From contig NC_058133.1 of NCBI RefSeq assembly GCF_016433145.1, positions 33,420,331-33,484,179 of the forward strand: a DNA stretch of 63,849 nucleotides, written 5' to 3'. The position numbers and the translations under genes are program-made. Source of the DNA: Gracilinanus agilis (lineage: Eukaryota). Below are positions 54,195 through 63,849 of the stretch, one piece after another; within the stretch, counting starts at the first letter, position 1; the number at the start of each line of letters is the position of its first letter. A model generated the notes under the pieces. It saw only the letters and a program-made list of their open reading frames with translations. It did no database searches and was not told the origin of the DNA.

Positions 54195-55844
54195 GTAGAA
54201 GATCATTTTCTTTGATATTTATTCTGTCTAGTGAGTCCGAAGCCCTTCTGCTTGTCACCTTGTGAGTCAGAACTTCTTTTTTTTGTTGTTAACTAAGATG
54301 ACCCTGTTCTCATGGACAAGAAAGTTGGGAAGGCCAAGTAGGTGGTCTTAGGTTGCCCAGAAAGTGACTGGTAGAGTAGTTTGTCCATGTTCTGTATACA
54401 GGGGAAGAAGGGACCAGTGGGACAGCTGGCCCTAGTGTTGATCATCTCACAAGCTGGTCATTAAATCCAGCTCAGCCAATAGAGTAGAATTCTGAAAACA
54501 TTGTGAGTGGCACCATTTTGGGCTTGACTTCATCCTCTTTTTCTGTTCTCTTAAGCCAAGACTTCTCTTTCTGAGTCAGCCTCTGATGGAGCTGAATTTT
54601 GCCTCTGTAATTATTCCTATCTTTAGCTTCAAGTTCAATCCTGAGACATAGGTGCTAGGACTTCCTATGTGCCAAGTTAGCTGAGGAATTAATGTGAGTT
54701 GTAAATGATCATGCTCACTCATCTTTCTATGTGAAAACCTAGGGTATCCTTGGGCATTGTCTGCTAGAGGACAGACAATGGACATACTGTGCTCAGGGTA
54801 GCCTATGTAAGTGCTGATGATTCTTATACCAACTCCCATTTTCATAGACATGCCTCAAATCTAGGCTTACTCTCCAGGATTTGAGATTCTCTGATGCATT
54901 GTCTTGAATGCCCACTAATGTGCTTCTTGCCAGGATGATCAGCTGAAGATCAATTAAGTCAGCCAGCTTTAAGTAGCATTTAGAAAAGAATGTTTTACTA
55001 AGGTAAGAAAAATTGGTACAAAATATTGACCCAAAAGTCTATGCTAGACTCCTCTGTAAGCACATGTTTAGTCTAGGGGAAAGTGGGCTCAAGCTTAGAG
55101 ACCATGTATGGCAAAGGGGAAACACACAGTTCATGGTTGCTAGAAGTCCTTTTCTTATATTTTTGGGGTGCTCAGGTTTATTTTTATTTATTTTTTCTAT
55201 ATTATTCATTTTTTTTTGCTATAGAGTGATTTTTTTAAGGCCTAAACCCCAAATCACATACCTATATATGCATGTGATAAGTGATGTCATATGTTTTGCT
55301 TTTGCATTTCTACTCCCATAGTTCTTTCTCTCATTATGGATAGCATTCTTTTACATAAGTCCTTCAGGAGTATCCTGCTCAGGTTTATTTTAAGCATAAG
55401 TCAGACTTCAGTCTATGGGCTCCTGATGCAGAAAAACTACAACCAGCTGCTGCTGCTACAGGAGACATGTTGTAGAAGAAAGGTTGGGATTCCAAGATTC
55501 TTTTTGCTGGGGGGGACAGTTGAACAAAAAAGGAATGAGAATAGTCAGAGACACTGTAGCTTGCAGAAAGCTGTTCTGATTTGCCTCGATTAAGGTTTAT
55601 TTTATATGTTTTGAGATCACACATAAAGTTGGCATGGAAATCCATTCTCACCATCCATCTTTTTCTTAGAGACAATGTGTTAGGCATGTTTGATGTATCT
55701 GTTGGGCCACAGTGGTGAGAAAGTACAGGCTTTTTCATGGGAGACAATTTCTCCATATTTCATTCATTGTTCTTTTATGTTAAAGAACTGTACCGAATCA
55801 GGTCTGGGAGGGGGGAAACTTGGAGACTGTTCTGGCCTGTTTTT

Positions 55845-56056
55845 TTTTAATGTTTTTTTAAAATTTTTTTAAACCCTAATATCTTTTATATGTATATATC
55901 CTTCTATTTTAATTTTATTTGTTACAGGGCTAGGCAATGGGGGTTAAGTGACTTGCCCAGGGTCACACAGCTAGGAAGTGTCTGAGGCCAGATTTGAACC
56001 TAGGACCTCCTGTCTCTAGGCTTGGCTCTCAATCCACTGAGCCATCCAGCTGCCCC
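55845..56056 (-). mobile_element. SINE with 17-bp TSD TGTTCTGGCCTGTTTTT
   Basis: TSD at 55828-55844 and 56057-56073. Confidence 0.93.
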
Positions 56057-57234
56057 TGTTCTGGCCTGTTTTTGCAGGCACCTGTGTATGGGAATATGAG
56101 TTAGAGTTTTAAAATCTTTAACTCAGCATATGCTGGTTTGTTGTGAAGTGGCTTCTAGGGGAATTTCTGTATTACTGTATGTAGAGGTGGGAATTTCCTA
56201 GGAGCTATAGGGGGCCTGTACGGGACTCTGCCATTAGCCTGTATTATTTTTCTGTGTTTACCTGGGGCTAAGTAAGGATATTGATTACAATAATTTCAGT
56301 GAAGGGGAATGTTAGTGAGAAAAGAGTCACATAGGGGAAACTGAGTGAAACAACCATCCTTATGACACCTGCCGTGCAGGTTTCAGAACTAGTGATAAGC
56401 TGTGCTAAACATCATGAGCTTGATGGCTTCCCAAATCTTTGGACCTCCTGAAGTGTGCAAGGTCCTCCTGGTCTAGCCAGAGAGAGAAAAAGAAAAAGTG
56501 TGTGTGTGTGTTAGGTAGAGTTCTCATTCTCTTTTCTCTCCCTCCTTCTCTTTTCCCTCTCTTCGCCCTCCCCACTTCTTTCTCTCCCTCCCCTTCTCCT
56601 TCTCCCAAACCTCAGCACTGGTTATGAGTAATGTTTTTAAATGCATAAAATATTAAGGATTGCAAAGGAAACCAATTTATATGGAATTACAATTATCACA
56701 GTCTTTTAAAAAACTCAGAGACTCTAGATTAAAAACCATTATGCCAAAGATGTCAGACTCATGTTTGTGAATGGGCTGAATCAGATTAAAATGGAATTGG
56801 GAAATGTTAACAAAATAAAAACACATTACAACACAGATAATGTTAATTTATAGTTTTTTCTAAGTCATTATGCTCCCTAGGAGCAGTTTCTGTTTGAGAT
56901 TGAAGAAGCTGCTTTCTATTATCTTCCTTGATGATCTCATCTGCCCAGTTATCATCTCTCTTCAGATTCATAGATAGTTATTGTCTCTCTCTCTGTCTCT
57001 CTCTCTGTGTCTCTCTCTCTCTCTCTCATCACAAAGATGAGAGATTGCCTCTTGGAAATCTTTTTTTTTTTTTAAACCCTTACCTTCTGTCTTGGAGTCA
57101 ATACTGTGTATTGGCTCCAAGGCAGAAGAGTGGTAAGGGTAGGCAATGGGGGTCAAGTGACGTGCCCAGGGTCACACAGCTGGGAAGTGTCTGAGGTCAG
57201 ATTTGAACCTAATGTGAAAGGAATTTTCCTGGGT

Positions 57235-57700
57235 TTCCACTGACTTTTTTTTTTAACATTTATTAACATTTATTTTTTAGAAAAGTTAACATGGTTACAT
57301 GATTCATGCTCTTACTTTCCCCTTCACCCCCCCACGTCCCCCCGCGATGGCCGATTCGCATTTCCACTGGTTTTAACATGTGTCATTGATCAAGACCTAT
57401 TTCCAAATTGTTGATAGTTGCATTTGTGTGGTAGTTTGAAGACACACTTATGCAAGAAAAAAACTCATGAAGGAGATAAAGAATGGCTTGCTTGAATCTG
57501 CATTCAGACTCCTTCTATGATTCCTTCTATGGTAGTTAGCTCTCTTCATAAGTCTCTTGGAGATGTCCTGGATCCTTTTATGGTTGATCATTGTACATTG
57601 CTGTTACTATGTATGATGTTTTTCTGGTTCTATTCTCTTCACTTTGCATCACTTAAGTCTTTCCAAGTTGTTTTTTTTTTTTTTTTTAATGATTAGCCTG
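57235..57700 (-). mobile_element. Marsupial L1 3'-end fragment next to a truncated SINE (57060-57211)
   Basis: Antisense L1 3' UTR similar to 47210-47400. Confidence 0.75.
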
Positions 57701-59344
57701 TTTGTCATTTCCACTGACTCTTGTCTTCTTTGGAGTTGGGTGCTCTGTGGCTCTTTCTTGTTTTTCTGCAGTGCTTGAAATTGTTAATGTGTATAAGGAA
57801 CTAGGGAAGAAGAAAGTACTTTCTTCTCCTGAGAGCATCTCCCAAAACATGTGCACAGATTCAGCACAGGAGAAAGGGGCCTAGACTTCTGTTTTTCTCC
57901 TTGTTGTAGGTTACTCCTGTGTTAAAAGGGCTGGGGATGGTAAGGATTCTTAGGAATGCAGGTGAGAGTGGAAAGGAATATCAAGCTATCCTGGTGAACT
58001 GCCTTCTTCCACCAGAAGCCAATATTTATAAAAATGACCTTTCATTTCAAGGCTTGCTCCTGAGCCTGGCTAAGATCACATGATGTAGGACAGGAGGGTT
58101 CTGCTGGCTACAATACTGGGAAAGGAGTTTTAGCTTTGGCTCTGCTTCCAGCTCAATCTGGGACCTTTTCTTCTATCCTCATGTGTAAAAGAGACAAGAT
58201 TAGCTATGTGAGCTTTGGAATGCCCTCTCTTCCCTGGACCCCTTAGATTTCTCATGATAAAGCCATCCTTCAAAGTAATTCCATTTACTCTTGCTTCATA
58301 GGTGTCCTCCCCAACCACCCTGATTGTAGAGATGTGGTGGGAAGTAGGCCCACTGTTATGTTCATCTGATGTCTTCTCCCAACACTCGACACATGTAGCC
58401 ACAGGATAGCCCTACCAAAGACTAAGGAGCCTTGGGGCCACCAGGGGGCAGCATGAGGCTTACCAAGTATCAGGGGTAGTGGGGATGCCAAGCACAAGCT
58501 CTTTCATTTCTTGGTAGTTTTTCCTTAGCAGCACTGATCACTGCTGTGTTGTGCAAGGCTCTAGTCTGTGCTTGGTCTCTGGGTGCTAGGTGTATCTTGC
58601 CTTGGCTAAGGTGGAGAACTAACCAGAGACTAGAATCTCATTCCCTCAGTTTGCCCTGAGACCAGGAAAGTTCAGTTCAGATCAATATTTTCCCTGTCCA
58701 TTTTTCTCCTGTCAGAGAGGAATAAAGTGGGAAGAAGAGAAAGGGACTTATGGTATAAGAGAGCCCTGAATTTCGAGGCAGAATCGCTGAATTCATTTCC
58801 TGGCTCTGCTGTTTACTTGTGTGACCTTGGGTGGGTCATTTCACCTCTCTGGGACTTAATGTCCTTCTGTATATACTAGGAGGGATTGGATCAGATACCT
58901 TCTAAACTTTCCTTTCAGTTCTAAGTCCCACAATGCTTAGATATGCCTCCACCTCCATCTCCCCTCTCTTTTTGTTATGGCTGCATTATTTGAAGAAACC
59001 TCTTATCTGAGAAGATCCCAGACCCTGACCCTAGCATGTCAGAGACTTGTTGGATGATTCTCACCTTTTCATTTTTTTGGTTGGGCTGGCAAGGTGGTCT
59101 CAGGTAGCTGCTCTTATTGACTCCTGGTCATTGGCCCAGAGAAAGGAAATGGGATACTACTTCCAAAGAATAGGGAGAAGGCTGATTGGTCTGGATTATA
59201 AAGTGTAGGAAATGGAGGAGAGGAGATGAGGGTGCAGTGGTGAAGATCTTTTAGTGCCAAACAGATTAAGTTCTGTAGTATCCCAGAGGCTAAAGATCCT
59301 AAGAGGGATAATCTTGGAAGGTGACTTCAGAGTACATCACTGTC

Positions 59345-61185
59345 CCACTCACCACAGTGGCCATTTCAGACCTTTCCATCTCTAGTCAAACCTCTTTTGG
59401 CTCCCTTTGCCCTTACCCCGTCAGTTGAGAATCTTGCCTCATATTTTACTGGAAAATTTGAGGCTATTCGACATGAGCTCCTTCTTTTTCACACCTCCTC
59501 AACTCACATCACTCAGATTCCTTCTGTTACTTTCTCTACTTTCATTTCTGTCTCATGTGAAGAGGTGGCCCTTCTCTTTTCCAGGTTAAACATGTATAAG
59601 GGATCCCATTCCAGATTTCCTCCTGTCTCATCCCTACTTCCTCACTTCACTTCTTCAGTCTCGCCCTGTCTACCAGCTGTTTCCTACTGCCTACAAACAC
59701 TCACGTATCCCTTATTCTCAGAAAATCCTTACTTGATTTGTCCATCCTCTATAGCAGTGACTCCCAAAGTGGATGCTACTGCCCCCCTGGTGGGTGCTGC
59801 AGCGATCTAGGGGGGCGGTGATGGCCACAGGTGCATTTGGGGGTGGTGAATAACTGTAAGGGGGCAGTGATAGTATGTGACAGGGGGCACTAAGTAATGT
59901 TTTTTCTGGAAAGGGGGTGGTAGGCCAAATAAGTTTGGGAACCACTGCTCTATAGCATTATCCTAAGTCTTTCCTCCTTTTTTGTGGCTCAACTCCTTGA
60001 GAGGGTCATCTACAATAGGTGCTTCCATTTCCTTTCTTCTCACTCTTCTTAATTCTCTACAGTCTGGCTTCCAACTTTATCCTTCAACAGAAACTTCTTT
60101 CCAAAGTTTCTGACAATCTCTTAATAGCCAAATCTAATGCTCAGTCCTCAGCCTTTTGGAACTCTATAGCCTTTGACATCAGTTATCCACTTCTCCTTAA
60201 GAGTCTCTTCTCTCTAAGTTTTTGTGACACTACTCTCTGTCTGACTTTCCCTCCTTTGCTGGATTTTCATCCAAGCCATACCTTTAAAACTGTTTCAGTT
60301 GGTGTTCTCATCAGGTCTCACAAATTCAGTTATCACCTCTATGCAGATGATTCTCAGATTTGCTTAGCTAGCCCTACCCTCTGTGCTTATTCCAGTTTTG
60401 CATTTCCAACTACCTATTGAACATTTCAAACTGGATGATCTGTTGACATCCTAAACTAAATGTTTAATATTGAAAACATTTTTTCCTCCCCAAACCATCC
60501 CTTCTTCCTGACTTCTTTATGCTGTGGAGACAACCACCATTCTTCCTAGTCACCCAGGCTCTCAACCTTGGTTTTATCCTTGACTTCTTACTCTTTCTCA
60601 CCCCTCATATCCAATCTGTTGCCAGGGCCAGTCAATTTTGCCTTTGTACAATCTCTTGCAAAACCCCCTTCTCATCTCTGACACTTCTACTATCTTGATG
60701 CAAATCTTTATCACCTCATGCCTGGATTGTTACAATAGCCGCTGGTGGATTTGCATGCTATGTTTCTTCCTCACTCCACTCTACATTCAGCTTTACTTAT
60801 ATCCAATATAAAATCCTCTGTTTGGTTTTGAAAGCTCTTCATTATTTGTCTACACTTTAGTACCTTCCCTGTACTTTGTGATCCCCGTGCCTGATTGTAC
60901 CTTTCCAGACATTCCCATGTCTTGATTCCAGGTACTTTCACTGGCTGTCTGTCCCTGGGGCCTGGAATGCTTTTCTCTCATCTCTGTCTTCTGACTTCTT
61001 TCAGGTCTCAGCTAAAATCCCACTGCCTTCCTTAATCTTAGTGCCTCTGTAACTTGTTTGTCCATAGTTGTATGCACATTGTCTTCCTACTACACTGAGC
61101 TCCTGGAAGACAGGGACTATCCTTTGTTCTTCTTTGTCTCCCCAGGGTTTTAGCACAGGTGCATCATAATGCTGATTATCTCAAT
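59345..61185 (+). mobile_element. L2 LINE, long degraded ORF2 fragment
   Basis: YHLYADDSQI RT motif in ORF 60019-60420; pyrimidine-rich L2 text; L2-like 3' tail. Confidence 0.85.
59755..59947. mobile_element. Non-autonomous hAT (Charlie-like) MITE, 193 bp
   Basis: TIRs CAGTGACTCCCAAA / TTTGGGAACCACTG; perfect 8-bp TSD CTCTATAG at 59747-59754 and 59948-59955. Confidence 0.93.
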
Positions 61186-62089
61186 AAGTATCAGTGAGTT
61201 GGGATTTGAACCCAGGTCTTTCCAATGTTATGTCTAACTCTTCCCTTACTAGATCAGGCTGCCTGTAGTTTGGTTCTTTTAGTCAGAATGTGCAGTACAT
61301 AAAAGAAAATCATATGAAAACCACAGGAAAGAAAAGTTGGGGTCAAACTGTGGCAGGTCCTTCAAGGCTAGGCTCCAGATTACCATAGAGAAGATGGGAT
61401 TCTACTTGACTGTACAAGTTTACTCCCAAGGGAATTTAAGCTTCTTTCTTCAAGTCTTATGTCAGCTTTATTTTTTCCCTTGTATCCCCATTGACTAGTA
61501 CAATACCTCACATGTTGTATATGTTTTAAGAAATGCTGGTTGGATGGAATTAAGCTGCCCAGCTTTCCAGAGTCAGAGCCAGAGTTTTGGGAGTGATTGT
61601 AGATTAACTAGTAAAAACTGTGATGTAAAGCCCAGAGGATGAGGCTGCCTGTTTCAGACTCTATGGCACCAGTGTTTCTAGGGACCATGCTAACAGTCTA
61701 ATCAATCTGTGCCCTACCCAGGTACCAGATTTCATTGAAATCTGTTAAAAATTACAGAAGATCCGCTTATTTAAAAAATACATTGGCTTTTTTTTGTTGT
61801 TGTTTCAACCTGGCAGACAGAACCACAAAACAAAATTAAGATGTAACTTGATAACCCTTTAGGAATGTTTCATGTTTCATCAGAATTGGTCAACTCTTCA
61901 GAAAGTGATTGTGGGAAAAATGGAGAGAATGTGAAATGGCAGACCTTATTTCCTATAGTAGCAATCCAAGTTTTAATACACACAGAACTCTAAAAACCAA
62001 ATAGAGAGGGGTTTTACCTAAGTAAGGTTAGAGAAGGAACTTCAGAAATTTGCTAGCCAACTACCCCCTCTCTCTTTTCCCCAGTTCCA

Positions 62090-63120
62090 AGGACTGTATT
62101 TTATTTAAGAGTTGATACATTTTTGTGGCTGCTTTATTTTTACACCATTTAAAATTCCCAGTATGTTCCCCTCCCCCCATTCCTTATTTGAAAAAATAAA
62201 AGAGAAAATAAAAACAGCTCAGCAAAACTAACCAGTGCATCAGAAAAGTCTGACCTCTACTGTGTTTCATACTCATTGTCCCTCTTCTCTACCAAAAAGT
62301 AGGGGGAAGTGCCTACTCTTCCTTCATTTTTGGTGCTGAACTTGGTCTTTGTAATTTTACATGAGTCAGGTTCACCTATTTTGGTGTGCTTTTCATTTAC
62401 ATTATTTTAATTGTTATAGTGTTCTCCAGATTCTATTTTCTTCACTTCGCCTCAGTTCATCTAAGTCTTCCTATGCTTCTCTGCATTCATTGTGTTCTAT
62501 CATTTCTCATAATGTAGTAATACAGCATTACATTCATGTTTCTCACTTGTTTTAGCCATTCCCCAACTTTGTTGTCTTGTTCTTTGCTATAGCAAAAAGT
62601 GCTGCTATGATTAAGAATAGTTTGGTTTTTTATGAATCTTGTCTTTCTGTCTTTGATAGTGGGATCTCTGGATCGACGGTCAACCCCTTTGATTTAACTT
62701 AATTTAGTTTTACTGATAAACATTCATTTCCAATTATTTCACTCTTAATCAGTTCATCCATATTCTTTTCATTAATATTCTTTTTTTAACTTTTTTTTAT
62801 TACATGTTAAAACAGTTTTGACATTTTGTGATTCAGGTTCCACCCTCACCCCTACCACCTCCCCACTCCCAGCAGGGAATGGTCTGTTATAGGTTATACC
62901 AAGTGCTTTCCTGGCTGTGCAGTAGTAGTCTACACTTTATTTAGTTCTTCTCCCATTGATGGGCACTCACTTTCTTTCCAGTTCTTTGATCCCCCACAAA
63001 AATTGCCTACATGAATCTTTTGGTATATATGGTATATGTGGTATACCTTTGGTCTGAAGGTGACAGGTAGCAGAGCTGCCCCCAGAATCCAGCCAGGTTC
63101 CAGTACTTTCTGTTGCCACA
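62090..63120 (-). mobile_element. Old L1 3'-end fragments
   Basis: Antisense L1 C-terminal peptide SKNWKESECPSMGEELNK and 3' UTR-like text. Confidence 0.6.
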
Positions 63121-63299
63121 CTTGTCTCTTCTCTTCAGTTTGATAACTATTTTATAACTTATTTGGAGCCTTGGTTTTTAGAAGCCTTGTTTCTGGAAAC
63201 TACATTACATTTGGGACTTATTTTATCTGCTGGTTATTAGTATTATATTAGTTTTGTCCCTAGATTTACTTAGTTCTTTTTTGAGACATAACGGCAGTC

Positions 63300-63520
63300 A
63301 AGAGACTGAAATGCAGAGGAATAAATTCAAAGTTAAAAAAATAAAATTTACAAGTACAAGATGGAGGAGGCATGGTTAGACAGCAATCTGTGTGAACACA
63401 ATCTGGAGGTGTGAGTGGACCACAAGCTCCATTTGAGTCAACAGGGCAACTGAGAAAGTCTGAGTGACCTGAGGCTGCATTAAGAAAGTAAAGGTCCCTT
63501 CTGGTTATGGGTTTGACTAG
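63300..63520 (+). mobile_element. CR1/L3 fragment
   Basis: acaagtacaagatggaggaggcatggttagacagc...gaccacaagctc resembles L3. Confidence 0.6.
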
Positions 63521-63849
63521 ATGCTTGCAATAATTTTCATCTCCCCAAATCTGTACTTTTGAAGCTCTTGAAGTATAAGAAAAAGTAGAAAAAGTTTAAT
63601 AAATACTTATTGAGTATCCACTGTGGGCCAGGCACTGTGCTAGGCACTTGGAGTGCAAAGACAGAATTGGAGTAGTCCTTATACTTAAGGAGCTTGAATT
63701 CTTTTTGGGGAAATAATACATTCAGAAATGGATACCCAATACATGCCACACAGATACCAAGGTGCTGGGGGTGGGGGAAGTCAGAACAAGCCTCAGAGAG
63801 GAAGAACTGAGCTTTGAAGCCAATTTAGGATTCTCTTAGGCAGAGTTAA

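Noticed and set aside
58130-58402. 90-aa minus-strand ORF in EIF2B3 intron 3
   Set aside because: No recognisable motif, no convincing splice sites and within chance length.

Overview
Mammalian genomic DNA, almost certainly marsupial and probably a didelphid opossum, judging by its tRNA/CORE-derived SINEs, RTE LINE and marsupial-type L1 3' ends. It is syntenic with the human UROD-HECTD3-EIF2B3 block. Left to right it holds: a candidate unidentified multi-exon gene on the minus strand that runs off the left edge; a four-coding-exon selenoprotein P paralog (SELENOP2/SelPb-like, +) with an in-frame UGA in a UxxC motif and a clear type-2 SECIS; UROD (-); HECTD3 (+, one exon apparently lost at an assembly N); and the 5' part of EIF2B3 (+). 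The main highlights are the selenoprotein gene that the ORF track truncates at its Sec codon, a perfect 10-bp hairpin just downstream of that UGA that forms only after splicing, a precise loss of UROD intron 5, a 21-codon extension of UROD exon 2 and a partial duplicate of UROD exon 9. Exon coordinates were read by hand; repeat boundaries are approximate; comparisons with human orthologs rely on recalled sequences and need checking by alignment.
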